From the NCBI GenBank assembly GCA_050230475.1, contig JBFLGF010000082.1, positions 62,001 to 83,458 of the forward strand: 21,458 nt of DNA, read 5' to 3'. Made by a program: the position numbers and the translations under genes. Shown here in pieces: positions 1 through 9,756 of this stretch; position 1 is the stretch's first letter; each line of letters opens with the position of its first letter. This DNA is from Ancylonema sp. (lineage: Eukaryota). The notes below the pieces were generated by a model. It had not been told where the DNA came from. It did not search any database and worked only from the letters and a program-made list of their open reading frames with translations.

Positions 1-731
1 AATGATCAGAGTGATGAGGAGTTTGGTATCTCCATCGATGAGTATAAAGGGGGACAAGATGATTGTAAAGAAGTGAGCAAGAAAAAGGACTTGGAGAAAA
101 TTGCCAAGGTCATGAATTGAGTTTTGGGAACAACAAAAGAAAAGGTGTAGAGTATGAGAATAATGTCAAAACTTAACATTTTTTTGTACCAAAAAAAAAA
201 AAAAAAAAAAAGACAAAATAAGGAAAAGAGAATATAGTCATTACTCTTGATTAGGGGGTGTGTGTGTGCTGCATTTTTCAATCAGGGGGTGTGTGGGAAT
301 AATAATTGTAAATGCATCAAATTTGCATATTAAGTACTAGGGGTTAATAACTATGGGAAATTAATAATAATTAGATATCTTCAAGAAAGGGTGCATCATC
401 ATGACATTGTACAATAGTAAGAATGTCCAAGTCATCATTTAGATATATCGACAAAGTCAGATAAGGGATGGGCATCGGGCATAGATAAGGAAGGTGACTA
501 GGAGGAATTACAAAATGACTAGGATAGCGGCGTCGCAACAATATCCGGCACGCTAGAAGATTCTAGCAATTTGTTGTACTCACAAGGGATATAGCCTACT
601 CGGCTACGATCTCTAAAATCAATTACTCTGAACATCTTGACATCCTTGCAAATATTTGCACTCGTGTTGAATGCTTTGTGTAATTCCCCTATGTATCCTG
701 CGCATCGATAGCCCGGAACATATTGTGGCAG

Positions 732-872
732 TTTCTGCCCACAGAGAGGCAGAAGTGCGATTAAGAGATTCCTGCCCACAGAGAGGCAGAAGTGCGAGGA
801 GTGATTCCTGTCCACAAAGAGACAGAAGCGCAAGTCATAAAGTAAGAGAGAATCCTGTCCACAGAGAGATAG
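732..872. repeat. Tandem array of four degenerate hairpin-containing units (starts 732, 769, 805, 852)
   Basis: The unit TT(C/T)CTG(C/T)CCACA(G/A)AGAG(G/A)CAGAAG(T/C)GC is repeated at spacings of 37, 36 and 47 bp; the fourth copy is truncated. Each has a CTG(C/T)C...G(G/A)CAG stem around an 8-nt loop. Confidence 0.9.
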
Positions 873-1384
873 TGGTCAGCAAGAGCGAGGATCTGTCGAT
901 ATCATCGATAAAGATTTGACAAAATGAATGACACCGAACAAACTTGCAAGAAATTGACCCTCCCTTACTGGCGTGACAGGCTGGGTACTGCGTGATCCAC
1001 ATTCGGGAACTAATTCTATGAAGTATATTCGTGGTTTTCTTAGTCACAAAGCGGTAAATCGAGTAACAACCGGTAACGAACGGTAGCCAAAGCAAAGATT
1101 GCAAGAATCTAGATCACAGAGATGCTAGGAATTTCACAATTTCACGAAATAGCTTTCACGATGATGATTCAGCACGCAAATTTCACAACAATTTCACAAA
1201 ATTTCACAGATAAATCACGAAAATCGTACAAATATCAATTTTAGCTACTCGTGGATGCACAGATATGATTCTATGCCAACGCAAAGAGGCAGGGGGGAAA
1301 AAAATCTGCACTTTTCACGTACCTTTCTTGAACTGTGCGCCGTCGAAGTCACGTAGTTGGTGGTCAGAGACCCTTTCGCTGAAT

Positions 1385-1517
1385 TTGAGAGTACGGTGCT
1401 CGCTTGAATCGCGGCAGTGATTGTAAACACTCACACAACCGAGGCAGTTTTCGAGCTTTATTCGCTGTACTACTCACCGCTAGCAAGTTATCACACGCTG
1501 CTCTTACTTGACGGCTT
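1385..1517. repeat. 133-bp direct repeat, copy 1 (probable retroelement terminal fragment)
   Basis: TTGAGAGTACGGTGCTCGC...TACTTGACGGCTT matches 2829-2961 with only scattered substitutions. On the minus strand it carries AATAAA and ends ...CTCTCA, like an LTR R/U5 end. Confidence 0.85.
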
Positions 1518-2436
1518 GGGACGATTGGGACGATACTTCGCTTTAAGCGAGGAGTATCATAAATGCACATCAAAGCGACATAGGAGAATTACAGATCCTA
1601 GTGTCATGATATAGAGGGTCGGTGTACTTATGTCGAGGGAGCTTTGGCATACAATAAAAAAAAGGTCCATAGAAAAATCCTTACGACGAAGATGTCGTCA
1701 TATCAAAGCGAGCAGAAGTGGGGCGAAAAGTAAAAATATATATCATCACAACGCAATACTAGTTTACACGAATATCAATTTATATAAGTTTCTCGGTATA
1801 GTAAAACTAGTAAAACTTATATACTAAAATACTTTTGGGGGGGGGGGGAATATTCTTTTAGACAGGCTATTCATTCAGACAAGTGGAATAACTACACTCC
1901 CCAAGGTTTGGGGCGGATAATTTATATTATTTTAGAGAGGGAGAGGCGTTTTATTAAAGCACGATGGGAGCCCCATCTGAGTACAAGACGGACGTTATTT
2001 CACCTCCCTAACGGAATAAAAGGAGATAAGCAAACCCAACCCGAAAACATACGAGGAACAATCCTTAATTCTGCTGACGACACTAGAACCCGCGGAGGGG
2101 GGGTGGGTAACATAGCCATACCCTGTTCCAATCGCAACGTCCTAGCATGGATTGCATGTGCTAGAGAACGTTGTAACGCAACGGAAACTCTCTGCCGACA
2201 CCAAGTAACTAACAAAATAACATTTTGGCCCGACTGCCCATTCAATTGCGCCGCACGGTGAGCACAATCCACCAACAACCGATTGCTCGCATCGGAAAGC
2301 GCACCGTACGTCTCCAAGGCAAACGGGATAAACTTGGTCCCCGGTGCGCGATCACGATAGTGTGTTTCTTTGAATTGTTCCGCTTTAGAGAGGTTATTCC
2401 TTTATGCAATATTCTTCTAGACATGCTTTTTTTTTA

Positions 2437-2610
2437 CACTCGAATCTCCGTATCAGAAACTTCGTTTTAAGAAAATCTTTGCTATAAGAAAACTTTTCTT
2501 TTTGATTTCTTTTGAGTTTTACACTCAAAATGTTGTTATACATAAGAAACATTCGATATAAGAAACTTTAGTAACGAACTGGTTAGGTTTCTTGTATCGG
2601 GGTTTGAGTG
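2437..2610. mobile_element. MITE, pogo/Tc1-mariner type (TA TSD)
   Basis: TA|CACTCGAATCTCCGTATCAGAAAC ... GTTTCTTGTATCGGGGTTTGAGTG|TA gives imperfect ~24-bp TIRs flanked by TA. Same family as 7162-7719 (shared TATAAGAAA subterminal motifs). Confidence 0.75.
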
Positions 2611-2828
2611 TAGAAGTATAAATGTCGAGAACCGCAGATGTACCCGAACTTGGGCAGGACTACTTCCGAACTTCGGGTACATCTGTGACGTCCCAAATGG
2701 GATCGGTAGGGGAAATGGGTCATCGATGATGGAACCACTCGATGAAGAGGTAATCGCACTCAAAGTGTCGACAAACAGGGGTAATGTCGATGTAGTAGAA
2801 GTGCAGATAGGAGGCTAGAATATCGTAA

Positions 2829-2961
2829 TTGAGAGTACGGTGCTCGCTTTAATCGCGGCACTGATTGTAAACAATCACACAACCGAGGCAGTTTTCGAGC
2901 TTTATTCGTTGTACAACTCATTGCTAGCAAGCTATCACACGCTGCTCTTACTTGACGGCTT
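2829..2961. repeat. 133-bp direct repeat, copy 2
   Basis: Near-identical to 1385-1517; similarity stops abruptly at both ends. Confidence 0.85.
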
Positions 2962-3812
2962 AAAAGTAATGAGAGCAACACGATATTACAGCAACAGACA
3001 CTTCGATTCTTGATCGGCAAGCAATCGATTTTGGTACAGTTCTCCAAAGCTTGTCGATAAGCAGCAAAAGAGATGTGCGAATGGATTGCACGGATGAGCG
3101 TAGCTCGGTAATGAAAACATATGATTTCTAATTGCGCAACAGGTCAGACAATCGATAACTTCGGTAACGATAATAATCACACGATTACAAAGCGAACGCT
3201 TGATGCAAGGTTATCACAGGTGAGCGGACGCTCGATACACACGATGTTGCGTAAGCAAAAGATAACACAGAAGGTGCAAGGTTGCGCGAGGCAAAGAATT
3301 CAGAGAGTCGAGTAAAACAATGGTGTGCAAGGAAAATCTCTTTAGCGTCAAATTCAGCGAAAGCTGAGATTTGAAAAGTTACAAGAAGTCTTTATTGTCA
3401 AACTCAAAATATTCTACTCGTCTGTTCGGTGGGATACGCATGGCATGGAATATCTAATCAACTCGGCGCGCACGCAGACATCTTGGCTTTAATTGGCTGC
3501 AGACATCTCTATATGATTCTGAGCGGTTAATCTAGAAAGCTACGGTCCTGATTGGTACAGTTTAAAAGTCGCTGACACGTAAGCTAATCAATTCAAAGAC
3601 AAGGGGGAGCTAGTCAAAGGTTGACTACTCAAACTTAATAAAAGGGCGCCGGTCATCGACGAAGCTTGGAATGAAATGAGCGGGAGCGGAGTCGTGACAA
3701 GGCGGAAAAACATAGCGGTGCGGCTATTTTAATATTATAATTAAAACACAGGGGTTTTTGGCTGACTATTCTTTTAGGCATGACATCTGAGCTCGAAACT
3801 GTGTAGAGTCTA

Positions 3813-5019
3813 CAGAGTTTCGACAAGGTTGGGTCTTAAAGCCTTAAAAAAACCCCCCGTCCAATTATAACCTTAAAAACTTAAAACCTTAAAAACCTTA
3901 ATATGTTAATCATCCACCAAATAGGTATTCTCGGAGCCAAATGAGACTACTGAACTCATTGGCGACCTTAAAAACTATCAATTATGAAAAAAAACAACGT
4001 TTCACACAAAATGATATATGTTGATCTGCGAACCGTTCTTTGACGTGTGTGAACTATTGCTACTTGTCATTGTATATCATCTCTTCGTACATATTTGTTG
4101 TTCTCATGCACATTCGTATCTAAGGGAAACGATGACTTAGTTGGTAGCCATATCCATTATGTCTTGAGGCAACTCCACGATGTGGATAAATAGTGATAAC
4201 ATGCATAATAATGTTTGTAGACCATGAAAGGACATCACAAATACTCTTCCTCTCATTTCTATCTCAACTTAAAGAAAAAATGACCCTCGATCTTTATAAG
4301 ACGAGTCTAAAACCAAAAAAGAACTCATGAAATAGAAGTCTAACTTACACTCTAAATGTGTTCGGCCATCTTGCAAACACATGCACCCTCGTTCTCGAGA
4401 AAGACCCCACAAATGTATTTTCCTATAATCGATAGACTCTGGCTCCTCAAACTACAACTCTTGAACTACGGAAGGCATCGTCTTCCTGATCACTTGTGAA
4501 ACATTCAGGACGCTAGTTTCGACAACTATTTCTTCTAATCCTTCCAACTCAAGCTCATGAAACAACTCGTTCACAACAGCATCAATTCCTTCTTGGTCTA
4601 CGACGACCAAGGGGGACACATGAGATTCTGGATCGCCTTCTACAACACCCCGATCTGCACTCTCCGCTTGAAAGGAATCCGATGACGCCCCCTCTCCCAT
4701 CGATGTCGCCTCCGCCGTGGCCGAGGATGACCCCGAACCCACTTCCACTCGGCTAGGCACCTAACATTTGATAATTTCAGGACCCACTAAGAACTCATTG
4801 CCTGACATATGTGTAGACAGACAGTCGCTAAGGAACGAGGCAGCCGAAAGAAATAGACGATTTGTAGCCTAAGTGGTCATGTGGCATTTTTATGGGTTTT
4901 AAAGGGACACATTTTAAGGGTTTTGAAGGGTCCGAAAATCCAAGGGGTTTAAAACCTTAACTTAAAAACCTTAATTAAGGCTCTTAAATTGCTATAGTTT
5001 TGAAGGTTGCGCAACCCTA
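3813..5019. mobile_element. Probable degenerate hAT-like DNA transposon
   Basis: The right end ...GCGCAACCCTA reads TAGGGTTG on the minus strand, like the neighbouring hAT TIRs. Clusters of AACCTTAA motifs lie near both ends (3835-3900, 4950-4980). The left TIR (CAGAGTTTCG) is weak and no TSD was found, so boundaries are uncertain. Confidence 0.4.
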
Positions 5020-5056
5020 CTATAGAAATTTCCGTGGTCAAAATTGATGTTGTAGG

Positions 5057-5601
5057 TAGCTTTGTGAAATTACGGTATTTTTGGGTTGGACTGTAGTAAT
5101 TACCGTTTTTTACGCGTAACGTATGAATGACGTTTTTTTTTTTGGGTAAACTACGGACAGGAAAAACGTGAAGTGTAAGACATGTGTAAATTACACTTTC
5201 CGGTAATGTCGTTACTTTCCTTGGTAAATGGTAATTACGGGTAAGATATTTAAGCACGTATTTACCGTAAATGACGATTGTGAGGATAAAATCGACCTTA
5301 AATTGACAAATGACGTTTCGCCAGCCGTCACATTCATGAGGTTCGAGTCCATCGAAGCCATTCAATGTACAGTAGTATTTATATCTATATATTTATTATT
5401 TATTGTATAAATTAATATTTATTAATTCATATGACTGAAATTTACCGGATATTACGTTTTCCGGGAATTTTGGCTCTGTAACGTGTATTTTACCAATTAT
5501 GCGTAAAACGTAAAAATTACATTTATTTTTACGTTTTACGTTACGTTACACTTTACGTACGAGTGTAAGTGTAAGGTGTAATCGGTAATTTCACAACGCT
5601 A
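5057..5601. mobile_element. Non-autonomous hAT-type element A
   Basis: TIRs TAGCTTTGTGAAATTACGG and (reverse complement) TAGCGTTGTGAAATTACCG, 17/19 identical. Many TTACG/CGTAA subterminal repeats. Flanked by 8-mers GTTGTAGG (5049-5056) and GTTGAAAC (5602-5609). Confidence 0.8.
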
Positions 5602-5609
5602 GTTGAAAC

Positions 5610-6932
5610 TAGGGTTGTGAATTTTACATTTACGTTTTTTCTTACATTACGTAATACGTCAATTACCGTTTTTTACGGTAATCTTACCGTAATCTTACAA
5701 ATTACATCGATTTTCTCAATTACGTAATACATGGCCAGAATGTCGATTACACGTAATATGTAAGGATTTTAAGAAGGGTTGCAAAAAAAAAAGGTGCGTG
5801 GGTTTTTTTTTTTTTTTTCCCGTGGTTGTAGATTGTGTATTTTTTAATCAATATTAAAACTATGTTGTTTTCATATTATTTGTCCCACATGGACGGAGTT
5901 CTCGATATTATAACCTTGATGTGTACCAAAATAGCATACCTTATCTTCCCTTCGAAATTAGTACACCATGTTTTTCCTTTCCACCCATGTTGTAGTGCAT
6001 CATCTCCCCTCAAGCCCAGTATTCCATTTCTTCCTCATCCTAATGATAGTGCTAGTTGTGGCCTTTTCTCCTTCGCAAAATGCAATGTTAACTTTGCATT
6101 TAGTCACAACATGTAATAACCTATCATCAACTTGCATTGCTATCGTGTTAGTAGCGTTTTTGGTAACTTATAAAATGTATTTTTGCTTCATTTCAAGGAT
6201 ATACACACACACACACACACACACAATAACCACATATTACAAATAATTCATGACACTGATTCTCTTCATTTTAAGTTGTTTCCCAACAAACAAGATTTCA
6301 TTAGCATATGCAAAATAGTGTTCGTCCGTCGTCATATCTTCTCTCTAAGGATCGTCCTCCTTTCGTCTTCCAACCTAGAAGACGAAAATGTCATGGAGAT
6401 TCCAAGTCGTTGCGGTATTCCATCACTGGACTTTCATGGCGTCGTCGTCCTACATTACATTGTTGTCCGCTAGAACGTTGTGACTATGTTGTCGACTATG
6501 AAGTAGTTGTTGACTTCATTAAATTGTCGTTTACTAAAACGTGTGTCTACAGCGGAAGTTCTAGTATGTTATTACACGAGGAAGATAGTAGATTGTCAGG
6601 CACTCTCACGCACGGAGAAAGTCGCCCGGGAGAAAATATTACGGGGGGAGAGGGGGGGGTGGAAGGGGGGGAATTAAAAAAACAAAAAACAAAAAACAAA
6701 AACAAAAACAAACAAACTGGTGGCGTGACTGAAGTGTCCCACATTTGCTAGGTGTAATTTTTACATTTTAATCGTCATGACGGTAAATTAGTAATTACCT
6801 TAATTACGATTTACATGTAAGGCTATCGTCAAATTACATGGGTTTTTGTAAAATGACGATATCACCGTAATTCGTAAATTACGGCTGTATTACTTACGCC
6901 GAAACCCGGATTACGTCATATTTACAACCCTA
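5610..6932. mobile_element. Non-autonomous hAT-type element B
   Basis: TIRs TAGGGTTGTGAATTTTAC and (reverse complement) TAGGGTTGTAAATATGAC, 15/18 identical. TTAC(G)-rich subtermini. Flanked by GTTGAAAC (5602-5609) and GTTGTAGG (6933-6940). Confidence 0.8.
6203..6225. repeat. (AC)n microsatellite
   Basis: Direct reading of an ACACAC... run of about 11 units. Confidence 0.9.
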
Positions 6933-6940
6933 GTTGTAGG

Positions 6941-8357
6941 TAGTATTGGGGCCCACCCGCCACCCTCATCCACGCGCGATCCGATCGGGTCCGAAACCCA
7001 CCCTTTCCTTAACACTTTGGCGGGTGCTATAGCGCCCACACCCTACCCGCCCTCCACCCGCCACCCACCCGCCCCACCCGCGATGCACCCGCCGACCCGC
7101 CAAAATTGGCGCGTGGTATGAATTATTGACAGTTTTAGTAAGCCACGTGTGTGAAAGGTTACACTCAAACCCCGATATTTAAAAAATCGATATAAGAAAC
7201 TCCTCGCTAAGTTTTTTTTTCCCCTCAACATTAGTTTTCCTAAGTAAAACTCTCCCAATATAAGCATAAGAAACTCCGAAACCTCCGAAACTCCAAAAAT
7301 ATTCGATTTTTATTGTTACGCGTTTCTTATAAAAGTTAAAAGCCCTCTAAATTAGTACTCATTAGTACACATCTTCTAATATTAATTCTTCTTATAACCA
7401 AATACTACTTATATTTATATTTTCACCTAATACCTCGCACGCCGCCTGAAATTAAATATTTACGCGAAGAACGCGAGTGCAAATATACTCACGAAAACTT
7501 CTTAGGTCCTCCACTTCAAGTATTTCACGTCCACATGTACAAAAAGTACTTTCGCACACTTATAGATTCGACGGCATGGATGCACGTGTCCAAACCTCGT
7601 AATACGAAACATCTTTGCGAGGTCTCTCATACAAAGTTCATTATACATAGTATAAGAAATATTCGCTATAAGAAACTTTCCCCCAACAATTTTTTGTTTC
7701 TTATATCGGAGTTGGAGTGTAGTTTATTCAATACAAAAGTTGTTAAAAATGTGCGACATTTTATTCATAATTTCATGCGTTTCATCTCCACACAAATAAA
7801 CTAGATAATGTTCGTGTGGGATTCTTAACATGCATAGCGATGACTTGAATATCGTCCCCCAATTAATGCCACATTGCAAAAACCATCGTTTCATGCACTT
7901 CATCGGGCGGGGCCAACCATGGAAATTGGCAACGGCCACCGCCATCCACACCCAAACACTAACAATTAACTTGCAACTCCCTCTTCACATCTCCCCTTGG
8001 GTGTACACATGATACTCTTCACATGATACTTCCAAGCAGTGTCCGTGTGATATATAACACCTTTGCATCAGGGGATATGTCCGAATTGTCCGGAATCCGA
8101 GAAATTCGATATCTCTTTCAATATTGTCCGTTTAGTAATACAATATATGCATTTCTATTTGTCAATCATAGTTTTCATACTCAGTATGTCCATTTAGCCC
8201 GCGCACCCGCCATTTTTGTCGGGTCGGCGGGTGCATCGCGGGCTGGGCGGACGGAAAGCGATGGGAGGGCGGGCGGGGGCCGCTGGCGTGTCAAAGGCGG
8301 GTGGCGGGTCGGAATTCAACCCACCCGGAGGTGTCTGGCGGGTGGGCCCCAACACTA
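6941..8357. mobile_element. Non-autonomous hAT-type element C
   Basis: TIRs TAGTATTGGGGCCCACCCGCCA and (reverse complement) TAGTGTTGGGGCCCACCCGCCA, 21/22 identical. CCCGCC/GGCGGG subterminal repeats. 8-bp TSD GTTGTAGG (6933-6940) / GCTGTAGG (8358-8365). Confidence 0.9.
7162..7719. mobile_element. MITE, pogo/Tc1-mariner type, nested in hAT element C
   Basis: TA|CACTCAAACCCCGATAT ... ATATCGGAGTTGGAGTG|TA gives TIRs with a TA TSD. Same family as 2437-2610. Confidence 0.85.
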
Positions 8358-8372
8358 GCTGTAGGCACGGGG

Positions 8373-8380
8373 CACGTGGC
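8373..8380 (+). promoter_or_regulatory. Candidate G-box/ABRE-type motif CACGTGGC
   Basis: Matches the plant bZIP G-box/ABRE core, about 345 bp upstream of the predicted ATG. Motif match only. Confidence 0.25.
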
Positions 8381-8724
8381 ACTTGTCCACCCTTCACTTA
8401 CTTGCTGTTGTATTGCGGACAGGACAACAGGTCGACAGTTTATTGACAGTTATAAGTATCATTCTTTTCGAAAGCTTACTGGTCCCTGTGCCTGTTCAGT
8501 TTGTGCCCTGATCAGGCCCTGCATGCTTGACATGCTATTTGCTGGTCTGCATAATGAAAAAGTAATGGTGATTTAATAGCTTGTCAGCACACGTCTTCTA
8601 TTCAGCCATACGGGACACATTTGAACTTTACAGCTCATACTGGACATCCTCATCACAGCGTAATCTTAGTATTTATAATCACAAGAGAAAAGGGCTACAG
8701 CCGTGGGTGTCAGTTGTGAGAAAC

Positions 8725-8907
8725 ATGCGGGTTTCCAGGAAAGAGCGCGTAGAGGCCAAGAAATCGTCGCCCTGGTCAAGCACCAGTAGGGACAGCAGAA
8801 GCACGAGCAGAGACAAGACTCCGTTGACGAGTGCGAAGAGGACAGCTGGCAGCAGTGACACCAGCTGTCGAGCGTGTGGGGCCAATTTTGGTTTCTTGCA
8901 TCGCAAG
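8725..8907 (+). CDS. FYVE4: FYVE4-like protein, exon 1 (N-terminal part of the FYVE finger)
   Basis: ATG at 8725, MRVSRK...DTSCRACGANFGFLHRK, then donor AAG|GTAAAT at 8908 (phase 0). The start codon choice is inferred. Confidence 0.8.
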
Positions 8908-9264
8908 GTAAATCTTGTTTTTCATTCCATGTTCATTTACCCCATGACTATGCTTTGAGCTGTGTACTGATTCTTACTGCCTTAAGTTTTCCAAGGCGAC
9001 TGCAATCGATTTTTTACTTCATTTTTTGGGTAGCCTACTGGAATACATAGAAAGCTGTTACATTGTGAGCCTCGGAAAATGGGAAGTCTGCCTTGGGGTC
9101 TTTCTTCTTCTGTACCTCAGGCCATATGCCAGCGTGGCTAGTGCCTTGTTCACACTGTAAGTAAACGCGGGACCACGGGAAGTATTGGCGTATTCACACT
9201 GGAGGAAAGTGCGATAACCATACCACATCCTAAACGGACCGCTGTTGTTTTCTCCTTGCACCAG

Positions 9265-9400
9265 CATGAGTGCAAGCAGTGTGGCGGCCAGTTCTGCAGC
9301 GCCTGTTCAGACAACCTGATCCTCGCTTCTGGTGGCGTGCCTGTACGATCATGTGATGCCTGTAGGGAGGAGAACGACCGAAAGAGGGAGCAAGACCACG
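9265..9400 (+). CDS. FYVE4: FYVE4-like protein, exon 2 (rest of the FYVE finger)
   Basis: The acceptor TTTTCTCCTTGCACCAG| is followed by HECKQCGGQFCSACSDNLILASGGVPVRSCDACREENDRKREQDH, completing the four CxxC pairs. Donor G|GTACAG at 9401 (phase 1). Confidence 0.9.
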
Positions 9401-9403
9401 GTA

Positions 9404-9756
9404 CAGGAACATCTGTCTAAATTGATATTGTGGGATTGGGAATATAGAGTCCATCAAACAGGTTATCAATCAACACATTTCAGGGACCTGGGGTCGAACT
9501 AGAAAGTCGGGCGGACTTTTTTAAATTTTCTATTTTTTATTTCTTAATAAACCATACAGGATACGACAGTGTCACCTCAGACATATTTTTCCTGTAGGGA
9601 CGTCGTTTCAGGGATTATGATGAGCCATTACATGTGCCTGACTGTTATTGGGACCCACAAACTTTTGAAAAGGCACACTTTTGGCTGGGGATAGTTTGGT
9701 GCCTTTGCAGAGAGTGTGCCCCCATACAGGGGGTTGCCTATACAGAGGTTTGACTG
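9404..9756. mobile_element. Putative old pogo/Tc1-mariner MITE forming intron 2 (intron 9401-9710)
   Basis: TA|CAGGAACATCTGTCTA ... TATACAGAGGTTTGACTG|TA; the ends match at 13/18 with a 2-nt gap. The right end (minus strand CAGTCAAACCTCTGTATAGGCAAC) is 17/24 identical to the MITE TIR at 2587-2610. Confidence 0.6.

Noticed and set aside
732..872. CRISPR array
   Set aside because: The sequence between units is only about 7-20 bp, the units are degenerate, the context is eukaryotic and there are no cas genes.
1130..1222. Cluster of (A)TTTCAC(A/G) short repeats
   Set aside because: Irregular low-complexity motif cluster with no definable unit or element boundary.
2830..3785. Solo LTR from TGAGAG (2830) to a TGACA end at 3699 or 3785
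   Set aside because: No matching 4-6 bp TSD at either candidate end, so boundaries are unsupported.
5835..8576. Short ORFs inside hAT elements B and C
   Set aside because: No recognisable transposase or host motifs; several run through microsatellite or subterminal repeats.
8431..8633. Possible 5' UTR intron (CAG|GTCGAC ... TTTACAG|)
   Set aside because: The splice-like motifs are weak and cannot be supported without transcript data.
9580..9625. Acceptor TTTTTCCTGTAG at 9597 for intron 2
   Set aside because: Splicing from 9400 leads to TGA within eight codons. The AG sites at 9729, 9745, 9747 and 9765 are also out of phase.
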